DNA of 61,120 bases, counting the filler, from Sphacelaria rigidula (taxonomy: Eukaryota), in NCBI GenBank assembly GCA_964200075.2. It is 10 parts of 10 records of this genome, joined end to end, with 100 filler letters (N's around TTAATTAATTAA, not from the genome) between each part and the next. Parts side by side here need not be neighbours in the genome. Positions count along the whole stretch, not along the records: positions 48,979 to 54,999 come from CAXNAA020022746.1; positions 55,100 to 61,120 come from CAXNAA020022747.1; 8 more parts are not named here. One strand, given 5' to 3'. The notes beneath the pieces were generated by a model. It searched no databases and was not told where the DNA came from. It was given only the letters and a program-made list of their open reading frames with translations. The stretch's first letter is position 1; every line of letters starts with the position of its first letter. Below, piece by piece: positions 49,755 to 61,120 of the stretch. The position numbers were made by a program, and so were the translations under genes.

Positions 49755-52700
49755 GACAACAACTCCTCCCTCTTACGGGTCATGCTAACTTGGAACCCGG
49801 CGATGTTTTACGAATCACCGCTGCTCCCCTGATGCACATCCCACTCGAGACGTGCGTCACAGAGCATGCCGCGTCAAACGCCACACCTCCGGCGGAGTCA
49901 GTCCATTGTGTCGAGGAAACCTATTTCGACCTCGCCTCTGCGACCCCACCCCATATCCACACCGTGGATCCTGCCCAGTCAAATGCCGATCCTCCTGCTG
50001 AAGTGCTTCAACGCTTATCACCAGAGTCTCGGAATAGCTTCTTGCACATGAGGATCCAACTGCCGCCACACATGCGTGACATCAATTTTGACCTTCATGG
50101 GCCCGGCTGGGAACCGGCACTCATCCGAGAACTCAGTGATGTTCGGCTACAGTACCAAGACCGATTTCCCCGATCCAAGACGGATCTTGGGCATTGCAAA
50201 ACACTGCGCTTTGAGGTTACCCTCCAACCCGGTGTCTCGCCTATTTCTCCTCGGCCATACCGTACTACTTCAATCCTTACCAAGAAAGTTAACGCCATCT
50301 TGGATGCGTATTTGGGAGCGGGATTAACACAACATTCCTCCTCTCCTTGGGCCTCGCCCCTTTTGGTCGTCCCCAAAAAGGATGGAAACATACGCATAAG
50401 CGTGAATTGTCAACGGTTGAACCGCGTCACTGTAGTCGGTAAACTTCCAATTCCCTGCATTGATGAAGTCTTCGACTCCTTAGGCGGAAACAACTATTCA
50501 GCACCTTCGACCTCGCTCCTGGATTTTTCCAGAATGCTATACACCCTGACACAGTCCCACTGACGGCCTTTTGTACCTCGTCCGGACTCTATTAGTGGCT
50601 TCGAATGCCACAAGGCGCCGCCACTGCCCCGGGGTGTTTTCAGCGCTTAATGCAACGCGTCACCGAGGGCCTCGAGCACATCATCATGTACTTGGATGAC
50701 GCTATCGCTTTCGATGCCTCACCTATCGCACATATACACACACTATGAGAATTTCTCTCTTGCCTACGCATGCACGATCTAAAACTGTCTCCACCCAAAG
50801 CTCGCCTTGGTGCGACTGATTTGGATTTCTTGAGGCATTCCATTTCGCCAGCAGCCCTACATCCGGATACGAAAAAAGTCAAGGCGATGACTGATTTGCC
50901 GATGCCAACTGACATTTCTCAACTTCGCTCATTGTTGGGCGGGCTATCATACTACCGCAAATGTTTGCCGAATTTATCTAAACGGATTCGTCCCCTTACT
51001 GATTTACTCAACAAAGGAGCCGTGTTTTCCTTCACAACCGAAGTGTTTTCCTTCACAACCGAAGTGGAGAATATCATCCGCCAACTACTCAAGACGCTTA
51101 CCGAAAAGCCGGTACTTTGCTTTCCTGATTGGGAGGCAGTGCAAGATGGCTCCCGCCTTTTCCAACTCCACACTGACGCCAGTGGATTTGGAGGAGTTTT
51201 GAATTCATCTCAGGTTGATGGCTCGTCCGACCCATCCTTTATATCAGCCGCGCTACCCTGCCCAAGGAGGCCAATTGGGGCCCGCTAGAACTGGAAGGCG
51301 GAGTAATCACTTGGGCCATTAAGCGCCTTCGACAATATCTGTTTCACGTGCCCTTTGAGATCTATGCAGATCACGGAGCACTCGAACAACTCGCCAAGGT
51401 TGGCGAACGCAACCCGCGTGTACAACGATGGTTGGAGTTTTTAACAGCATACCAGTATACCATTAAGCACCGTCCAGGCAAAACCAACGGGAACGCTGAT
51501 CTTCTTTCTCGCCTACCTCTGCCGCCTACGGCCGCAGATTCCACCCCGGCTTGCCGTTAAACGGAACCCGATGAACCCGGAATTTACGCGATTAGACGTT
51601 TTTCAACGCCCGTTTATGCCCTCGACCTCCAGTGCCCGGAAACCGGTATGTATATGGGAGGACCTCGCCCTCTACCATATGACGCCGTCTTGGGTAGGTT
51701 AAAGCCCACTACCTCCGATTTTGTCGATTTCCGCACTTTCGTTACTTGCGCGAAGCTCTTCGCGGAGACACCTCCCGTGACCCACCTAATCTTCGACAAC
51801 ACGCACTCTCGGTCTGCCGCCCGCACCACAACGAGTGCCCCGCCGCCACCGACAACACCTATAAATCCCACGAGCCACGCAGCACAAGTTCCACGGACCA
51901 GCACGCAACGCTCCGCGAAAACTCCTGCAACGTGCACCAAGCGTCATGGACAATCTTCGCCGCGCACTAATACAGCCCCGCCGCCCACCACGGCGCCGCC
52001 AAAAATTACCGCTCCCGAGCACAGCGCTGACGACTTAGCTCTGGCCTCCGGCACAGATATCGACGTCGGCATTTCTGCCCCGTCGCCTATTCCCCCGCCG
52101 CGTGCCCCACCATGTTTGGTCGGCTTGCCAGCGGAAGGTCAACTACGCGAGTTTATCGCCAGCTACTTACTCTCATCGCAATTGGGCTCGCGAACAAAAC
52201 GCAGCACCGCTATGTCGCGCAGCCATCCGGCACTTACAACTCGACTGTCCAGTCCCCTTCCCATCCACACTTCTGGCCCCGGTTGGGACACTGCCACCAC
52301 CAGTTATTTCTGACGTATACGAGCTCGTGCGTAAAGGCACCCTATTTACTACGGATGAAGGTGTGCAACTACTCGTGCGTCGGCTGACGCCTTTGACAGG
52401 CGCAATTGCCGCCTCAACTACGGGACGCACCGCACGACTACTCAATGACGAACCAACGCGCATTTATGTGCCATTATTAATGCGCCCCCGGGTCATGAAA
52501 GGCTGCCATACAGACTTGTCATGTCACCTTGGCGTCACCCGCACCCTCGCGCTCTTGGAACGCTTCTACTGGTGGGTTGGCATGGAAGTTTCAACCCGCT
52601 TCTGGATTCGGCGATGTTTTAAATGCCAAGCCCGAAAAACTTCACGACAGACAGTACGCTGGCCCGTCATCTCTCTGGGACTCCCCAATGAGCCCGGCCA

Positions 52701-54330
52701 CCTTGCGTCCTTTGACTACTTTGGCCCTCTACCGACCACAGGTCGCGGCAACACCCACATCTTACTCTTCACTGACCGCTTTAGCCGCCACGCGTCCATG
52801 TACGCGGTAACCGCCGCAGATTTCACTGCCGCCGGAACGGCCGACATACTGGTTCACGATTACATTAAGCACTACGGTTGTCCAAAGCGACTCCTTTCAG
52901 ACAATGGTGAGCACTTTTGCTCAGACCTCTCTGATGAGCTTTACAAGCTACTGGACATCCGCAAAATTGCCACGAGCACCCACCACCCAAACGGTAACGA
53001 TGGTACCGAAAGAGTTAATCACACCATGGCCCAGATGCTCTCTATGGTTGTCAATGACCGCCAAAATGACTGGGATCTACATCGCTCGCACATCATGTTG
53101 TCCTACAACAACTCGTTTAATGCCGCCACCGGCCTTTCTCCGAACGAACTCCATCTTGGACGCTACCCTTGGCTGCCTATCACCGTGTTTGAGCGACACA
53201 CGTTCGACGGCCACCAAGGATTGGATCAGGATCAGATGTCCTACCACGAGCTAGCGCATGCACGACAACGCAAAGCGTTCATCCTCGTGCGCGAACGACA
53301 CGCTACCAACGCCTCGCGCCCAGAGAGATCCAAAAGTGCTCTCTACAACCTCATGCACAAACGCCCTGAATGGAAAGTTGGTGATTGGGTTTGGATGTAC
53401 AATAGTTTGTCGACCATCCGCCAAGGCACCAGCAAGGCAGCCAACGAAACAATTTTGAAGACAAAATTGTCCCTCAATTGGACAGGACCATTCAAGATCC
53501 TGACAGCCGGACCATCGTCATCATCATCGGATGAACAAGCCGTTGGTGACAAACTGCTCTATCTCGACTTGTCTCGCGACTTCCAGGGCAAGGACACCTA
53601 ACCCCGCGTCTCCGTGCACAGATGCAAACCCTGCACGAACCCGCATGATACAAGTGACATGCCCAAGTACTTGCTTGCTGGACTCACACAGTATGTTCCC
53701 AATAGCCACTCCACCAAGTCCCCGCCCTACCACGTTACAACCGACGACGTGATGGAACAACCCCTTCGATTGACCGTGTCCACCATCTCCGGCTATCAGA
53801 TAACCCGTGGTCGAGGTGGCAACTTCGCTGTCATGTATAAGACACACTGGCACGGTCTTCAGAGAGAGTCTTGAGAGCGCGAATCCGGCCTGCAATTGCA
53901 CCGCCGTGCAATCCTCCGCTACTGGACGCAATCCCAACATCAGCATCTTGCTCACAACAAGAAATATTGCAACATGCGTCGTGGCGCAGCAGCCCGCGAA
54001 CTTCACCGCAAGCATGGACTACGCTTTGTCGCCGATGGTTACGAACTCGTACCGACCAAAACTTGTAAGACGAAATTCGTCGCGAACCAGCGACTCCTGC
54101 CCAAGGGCAGCTACCTTTGGTTCATAGGCAGCGACAACCTCTGGTGGTTGGGTCAGACCCACTCCGCCACCCTGGTTCCGGCCGACACATACATCGTGCG
54201 CTTCATCGATGACCCTGGACCCATACAGCTCAAGCTTCGGCCAACACTATACACCACCAGCCCATCTGCACCACGCGGATCCTGGTGCCTCCAGCGCCTC
54301 AAGTCCGAAGGATTTCGCCGCGGTCTCTAG
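49755..54330 (+). pseudogene. Ty3/Gypsy pol (RT, RNase H, integrase, chromodomain, extra C-terminal domain), decayed
   Basis: SPWASPLLVVPKKDG, RMPQG, YLDD, LHTDAS, NADLLSR, HHCC zinc finger, DYFGPLP / SDNG / TERVN catalytic motifs, WTGPF; order RT-RH-IN; several stops and frameshifts. Confidence 0.97.
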
Positions 54331-54504
54331 CGCAACATCGACCACACCCACGACGTCCACGCCCCGTTTTGAACCGCGCTTTCTTGTCGCAACGGTCGCC
54401 CCCCCCCCCCATTCCATCCCCTCACCTCTAGACTCTTGGGTTGACGTCAAGTGGCAACCACGCTGTAAAACAAGCCACCAAAACCTAGACAAATGTACAG
54501 ACTG

Positions 54505-54999
54505 TCACGAGATAGAAAAGCTAACCTCCTTCTTTTTTAACCTACTATAACACAGCCCCGACATAGACATGGAATAGAGAAGCTAACCCTCCCTTTTATT
54601 TCCCCTACTATAACACAGCCCGGACATAGACATGAAATAGAAGAGCTAACCCCCCTTTTTATTTAACCTACCATGACACAGCCCGGACATAACCTACCAT
54701 GACACAGCCCGGACATAGACATGAAATAGAAGAGCTAACCCCCCTTTTTATTTAACCTACCATGACACAGCCCGGACATAACCTACCATGACACAGCCCG
54801 GACATAGACATGAAATAGAGAAGCTAACCCCCCCCTTTTTTGTAACCTACCTTAACACAGCCCGGACATAGACATGGAACAGAGAAGCTAACCCCCCCTT
54901 TTATTGAACCTACTATAACACAGCCCGGACATCGACATGAAATAGAGAAGCTATCCCTCCTTTTTCTTTAACCTAGTGTAATACAGCCCGGACATAGAC
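54505..54999 (-). repeat. ~62-bp satellite, same family as 36813-41134, reverse orientation
   Basis: AACCTACCATAACACAGCCCGGACATAGACATGAAATAGAGAAGCTAACCC repeats. Confidence 0.93.
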
Positions 55000-55287
55000 N
55001 NNNNNNNNNNNNNNNNNNNNNNNNNNNNNNNNNNNNNNNNNNNTTAATTAATTAANNNNNNNNNNNNNNNNNNNNNNNNNNNNNNNNNNNNNNNNNNNNC
55101 AAGCGTGGGAATTCCCAGCTTCTCGTTGTGCTCGGCTTTTCCCATTTCGATTTACATGAAGATTTCCCCTCCCAAAACCATGCACTTTTTTGGGGGGGCT
55201 ATCGTAGAAAGCGTCAAGCACATTCGCGCGTGTTTATCACGTACAATATTTGACGGATCGGTACTCGATGATGAACATCCAAAGGAG

Positions 55288-58200
55288 TGTAGACTCTAGC
55301 CCCCACGGTTACCTACGGTTAAGGACATCGGGAAGGTGGAGTTGCGGGTCTGATTGCTAGACTCTGTGATGGGTGACCTCCATGACGAGAAAGTCCGGGT
55401 TTGCGACTCTGGTGGAGAGAGGCTATGATCCTGTTCTCCTGTATATGCTAAAGGTTCATACATGAATAACGAAAGCTGCTGAAGTCCATGTGCCACTCAA
55501 AATGGCGATCTGAGCTTGAGTGACAGAAGTCTATATTGAACGTTCATAAATTCCGCTGAGTGGCGGTAGTTCCGTTAAAAAGCAGCTGACACATCAAGAT
55601 AGGGAAGACTGCAGGTCTGATCAGTTTGCAGCAAACAAGACCAGCTCAAGGCGTATTAACGTTGCGAGGAGTTGGAGGAGTAGAGCCGAGGAGGTTCTGA
55701 GGCAGTGCTAGGGCGGGCTGTGGTATCGCTCGTGCGTGAGGTGCGGGGGGTTCATCGACAGCTGGCAAGTCCGTGAGCGTTCCAGAAAAGCGGTGCAATT
55801 ACTGCCTAGTGGAGCCAGCGAGAGTTGCTTGTTCCACGCTTGACCAGGTACGGTCAGGAAGAGGAGTCTAAGGACTTCAAACACGTGGTGGAACCTGCGT
55901 GAGGAAGAGGTGCTGTGGCCATTGTCGTTGTAAGGTGGTACACCGTGTCTCGGTGTAAGGAAAGAGTTGTTGTTCCTGTGTGAGTGGGAGGCGACTTCGT
56001 TTTTCAAACAAGGTGGTGTGCAGTGTTGTACTGCTGACCGAAATGTACGAGGTGCAGGAGTATGTCGCGGTGGACGGCCATGTTGTTCGTGCGCCGCAAC
56101 AATATGTTGTCATCGATGGTCGCGCTGTCCGTGTACGATTTCTGGATATGCCCTACTATGGTCGCAAGTTCTCAAGTGATAAATCTGCTCCATTTCTGCG
56201 GAAGCATGAGAACTACCTTCGTGAGGTGCATGCAACGAACGCGCGTCAAGCACACTGGCACGTTGTTGAGGAGCCAGCGGTCTCGGGCCTCATGCCCGCA
56301 CATATCGAGGACTGTCTAGGTGACACATTTTTGGATGGTGCGAATGATGTTGGGCAAGAGAAATTTCTTTTTGCGCTGCGCAAGCATACATCTTATGCAT
56401 CGCCGAGTGTAGTGGAAGAGAGTCTGAAGGTCGGCGGCGGTGGAGACAGGCACGACATTTGGACGGGCGACAAGGCGACATAACACTGTCCTGTCCGAGC
56501 GAGCAGGCACGACAGTGCACCAGCGTGCAGCAATAGAAACAGCTCGGCCGCGACTGAAGCAACAGCGCGGTGCCACTTTGAGGGGCGCGAAGGTGACGAC
56601 GCATGCGTCTGTCCAAAGAGACGCACTGGGCAGCAAAACAGTGAGAGTACAGTAGTCGGTGCTGAATTAGCAGCCGCTGGCAGTGCTGTTAGGAGAGGCG
56701 AACAAGTCACACAGCCATGGGTTAGGCCGAGGAGACAGGCACGAGAGCGCTAGAGGCGTTGCCGCTATTGCCGTCAAGGAGCAAGCTGGACAGGAGCTGT
56801 AGCGAGTATGGGTGATACTGCTGCTGCTGTTGGCGATGTTGAGAGGGCGAGCCCTACATGGGCCAATGAACAAGTACTGGTGGGCAGAGGTCCTAGTTGC
56901 TTGTTGCCGCCGGACCAGCGCGTAGCTGGAGATACTCCTTGCATGCTCAAAGCTGCAGGGGGGTGTCATTCGCGTATTTCGAACGAGCAGGGTGAGCAAG
57001 GAGCTTGCCGTGCTCATGGTGAATCTACCCGCGCCAGTGACATGGCGGGAGATCGTTCAGATGATTCGCAGGGGTGTCTGCTTGAAGGACAGGTGGATGC
57101 CGGGTTGGCGGAATTGCCGCCGGAGCAGCGCGTAGATGTGGACACGCCTCATATGATCGAAACAACAGGGGCTTGTGACCCGCGTGAAGCGGGTACGCAG
57201 AGCGAGCTGCAAGCTCGTGATGCTGTTAGTGATCACAATTCGGACGGCGACGACGAGCGTCGCGTGGTGTTGGGGTGGTCGTGTGCACTGCTGTTAACAT
57301 GTACAGCTTTGGCGTATTTGGCGGCATTTATTGCGATGTCTTAGCCGCTGTACGGTCAGATGCTTGGGAAGGATGGCGTGATGCCATCGGGAGGTGTTGC
57401 TGTGCGGGACTGTATGGATGTTCCCGTTTCGCCTCTTGTTTCCTCTAAAAAAGCAACCGAAGAAAGAGCGTTCGTGAGTGCGCAAGCATCTGTGGGGGCG
57501 GAGGATCTGTCGCAATGGTCTGGCGGTGCGGATATACCGTTTGGTGGCGAGCTGAGCGGCTCCACGAGGGTGGGAGCTGTAGCTGGACTCATGGCGCGAG
57601 GAGCGAGTGTTCGAGTGGGAAATCTGCTCTATGCTGGTTGTGGTTCGAGTGCTACTGTTTCTCAGGAGCGGGCTGGAGGACTACAAAGGAGGCATTACCT
57701 AATGTGTTTGCTGCTGATGTTGAGGAGCAAGTGCTGAGGTGATTGAGTGCTTGTTGAGAATGAGGAAACACATTATGACCGGTATTCGCGAATCATTTTG
57801 AGAATGGTTGCAGCTTGTTATTGTGTTGTTTGTGGTCATGCTTGCGCATGAAACATGGTTGTTGAGCGAGTTTGATCGTATCGCGTGTGCAGGTGGAAAT
57901 TCTGGCGTACACGTGAAAATTTGGCATGTTTGTGTTGTGCTGATGTGGTTGGCACGGACGATGCATGGTGTTTGCTGCGAGGAAGGTGGCATTGCATGTG
58001 CTGAGTGAAATATTGGCATGCACGTGCGGGTTTTCATATGCTGGGGGGAATTTCGGCAGGCATGTGCGAACTTTTGCTCGAGAGGTACTGATATGAATGG
58101 TATCTGGAGACGACCTAGTGTGGGGCAGTTTTCAATATACTGCTGTATGCTAAACGAAGTGAAGCTTATATAATCTTGTTCACGCAGGAACACAGTCGAA

Positions 58201-59678
58201 TCAAATGTGGGCGATTTGCACGTACTGACTGCAGGATATATGGATTGCTGCTGTTAGCGCGAAAATGAGCTGAAAGGTACGAAATGCGTAGGCTCGTACT
58301 GTCTGTAGGAGACTATGACACCTGCTGTTAGCGTGAAAATGAGCTGAAAGATACGAAATGCGTAGGCTTGTCGTGTGTGAGCAAGTATGACACGAGTGCT
58401 TCCGGTGGTTGAAGATAAAGACATTATGCGCGCATGCATCAATGATCTTTGACCGTGGCACGTTTTTGCATGGATTGTCATGTGTCTGAACGAGCACGTG
58501 GTTGATTCTTCGTTGATTTCAGAAGGAGCATGTGGATGAGGCGTCCATTTGTTCAAAGAACTGGTGCAGGTGGACTGCAAGAGTGTCGAGGAATTCAATG
58601 TTTCTACATTTTGGCTGATGCACGGATGGGGTATGACGATCCAAGATCCAAACGAGATATAGATATATCTGGGATTTGCTTGAAAACAAGAGTTCGAGAA
58701 CGAGATCACGAAGGGTGATCAATGATGGCGGGGGTGGAGGTCCGTTCGCCGTCGTTGGACAAGTATACATGACTTGAATAGCAGTTTGAGTCATGGCTTC
58801 CCTTCAATCGTCTCAATGAAATGATAGCAACTTGAAGCATTGAAGCTTTGACGGCGGGGAGACATGAGATGCATACGTTTTTACGGTGTTGCAGAAGCAA
58901 GAGGCCAGGTGCGTTTGAGACGTGTTGGGTGCTTATTTCCTTCTAGCGTGAGGATGATGTATCAGTTGGCTGTTGCACTCCGTTGACTATGTTGCTCAGG
59001 TGTTGAACATACAAAGAGTGCATTTTTTATGTTGCGAAGCACCTCGTCTCGGATGAGAGGGACGATGAGTCACGAATGCTCTGGAATTTGACGCTCGCTG
59101 ACATTTTCGGTTTCGTGCCGATGTCAAGTCAAGATAATTGTTTTGGGCGAAGATTTGAGAATTTGGCGCTAGCTATCGCTTTGTAACTCGAAGCGGTGCA
59201 AGTAGCGTGATTGCACGTTCATGGTGGACGATATTTTCTTGGGATCTCTTGCAAGTTGTTCGGAAGTGGGGCAAGCTCGTATGGAGCTGCTGTCGAAAGC
59301 AGCGGAAGAAATTGCTATTCTTTGCGGAAAACGACGGCACTACCAGGCACCAATGATGTCCGAGTTTGTCAAGCTCTGATGTATCTACTTGTTGATAGTA
59401 GAGAGCTTTGGGGGTGCTGTAGACTCTAGCCACCATTGTTACCTAAGCTTCAGGACATTAAGTAGGTGGAGTTGCGGGTCTGATTGCCGGGCTCTGTGAT
59501 GGGTGACCTCGATGACGAGAGAGCCTGGTTTTGCTACTCTGGTGGAGAGAGGCTATGGTTCTGTTCTCCTCTACTATGCTGAGGGTGAATACGTGAATAA
59601 CTAAAGCTGCTGAAGTCCATGTGCCCGTGATGGGAGGAGTCCACATGGCGATCTGATCTTGAGTGACAGAAGTCTATA
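55288..59678 (+). mobile_element. Complete 4391-bp non-autonomous LTR retrotransposon (LARD-like)
   Basis: LTRs 55288-55535 and 59418-59678 (TGTAGACT..AGTCTATA); GGAG TSD at 55284-55287 and 59679-59682; purine-rich tract before the 3' LTR; gag-like remnant 55980-56483; no RT or IN motifs seen. Confidence 0.9.
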
Positions 59679-61045
59679 GGAGGCACTAGGCCAACATGCA
59701 AAATGTTGGATTGATACAGAGATCGATCCTTCAATTGCTGCAGCAGGTGTGCGGAAGACGTTGGCCGCTCGCAACGAGTCGACTGCCATGGTAGAATCGA
59801 GAGACAGTAGAGTGCCCCCGAGGAGTTTTTCCCCGAAAACGCGAGCATCGAGCGCGCGTTCCGCGAGGACGAGACTTTCCAAGCAGGACCCGCTCAAATA
59901 TTTACGCGGGCGTTGCTCGCCGGCATGTCCCCCCCTGAATCCAAGAAAAAATTACTCAACATGCTTGACATGAAGGGGGGGTGGAAAGAGGACCCTGCGC
60001 TCGTGTATGATACGGCTCGGGAAGCAGCAGAGGCATGGAAGACGGTACACGCAGCTGATCAACAGCACCGTCACCAGCCGCAGCTGAAACAGAAGAGCGG
60101 CAGCGGGACCTCCGGGTCCAAGCGCCAACCGAATGGAGAAAAATCGGCGGCCACTGGCAGTGAGACTGCTAGTTCCGGGAAATCTCGGAGACCGGGCCCA
60201 AGCTATGCAGGTTGTTTCTCGTTTGGAGACAAGGGTCACTTCGTGAAGGATTGCAAGCAGCAAAGCCAAGCTGCTGCTCAACAACATACTGCAGATGGGG
60301 AGTCGAAGGCCGACAACAAGCAGCAACAACAGCAGCAGGTGTCGCAGGGCCCTGGACAGGTGCTCGAGGAGGGGGCAAAAGTCCTGCCGCTACAAGAGCT
60401 TTATTTTCAACCGATGGAGGGGGTGCTCCCAGCAGTGGAGCGATGCTACCGCCAGAACTGGTCATTTTTACTGGTGGCATACAGCAAACCGTATCGGGAG
60501 AAACAGGCGAAACAGTCCCGCGCTGGACATCTCAGGCGATGTCGTCGTGGAGATCGCTTGAACCGGGTGAGGTATCAGGTTTTCAATTTGAGGGTATACG
60601 CGTAGAAAAAAAGGAACGATGGTGTCTCGCCGACTTGTCTGTACCGAGTGCAGGGGCACAGAGTGCTTGTCCGGTCAAGGTCATTTTAGACTCGGGATCT
60701 GGAATTACGACCATGTCAGTGGATGTAGCGGCGAAATTTCAATCTATGGTTCCAGATGTTCGAGTGGTCACACCGATGGTTGGTGAACAGCTGGTGAAAC
60801 TGACTAACGGCAACGTTGAGCGCGTGAAGCAGAAAACTTGACCTGTCCGAACCGCTTTACACACCAGCTGGGGACCGGTTGTGCTGGACCCATGTTCATA
60901 TATATGCGGTCATGCCGGGTACAGTACAGATGATATGATCATCATGGGGAGCCCTACGCTGGAGGCGCTGGTCATTGACATCTACAGTAGCTTAGGTGCC
61001 TGTGCACGTGCAAGAAACACTTCGGTGCGAGGTGTGAACACCACT
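59679..61045 (+). pseudogene. Gypsy-like gag (degenerate zinc knuckle) and aspartic protease; upstream part at 55216-55287
   Basis: CFSFGDKGHFVKDC at 60213-60254; VILDSGSG at ~60680-60703; reading frame HIRACLSRTIFDG..HPKE / ALGQHAKC continues across the LTR insertion. Confidence 0.85.
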
Positions 61046-61047
61046 GA

Positions 61048-61065
61048 TCATTATCATTATTATTA

Positions 61066-61120
<55 letters not shown>
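61048..61120. repeat. (ATT)n microsatellite at contig end
   Basis: Seen directly. Confidence 0.97.

Noticed and set aside
51022..51063. 21-bp in-frame duplication (VFSFTTE twice) in Gypsy pol
   Set aside because: Ordinary slippage in a decayed copy

Overview
This window is not one locus. It is ten unrelated eukaryotic contigs of 6021-6023 bp, sorted by decreasing length and joined by artificial 100-bp spacers (N44-TTAATTAATTAA-N44). Contig bounds: 1-6023, 6124-12146, 12247-18269, 18370-24392, 24493-30514, 30615-36636, 36737-42757, 42858-48878, 48979-54999, 55100-61120. The only clear host gene is three GT-AG-spliced exons of a Rab geranylgeranyltransferase beta subunit (45593-47220). Its exon/intron style, the TTAGGG-like repeats and the repeat landscape suggest a stramenopile, probably a brown alga (inference). 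The rest is mobile and repetitive DNA. It includes three decayed Ty3/Gypsy elements (two with chromodomain integrases, one of these with an extra Tudor-like tail), a complete 4.4-kb pol-less LTR element nested in a Gypsy gag, two tRNA-derived SINE families, and many MITE families (TA-, TTA-, TTAA-, 4-bp and 5-bp-TSD types), often nested several layers deep. There is also a ~62-bp satellite with higher-order repeats, possible Crypton, hAT and gag remnants, and an unusual short repeat family with a fixed GAGTACA end bounded by C-runs. All family assignments are by eye; no searches were run.
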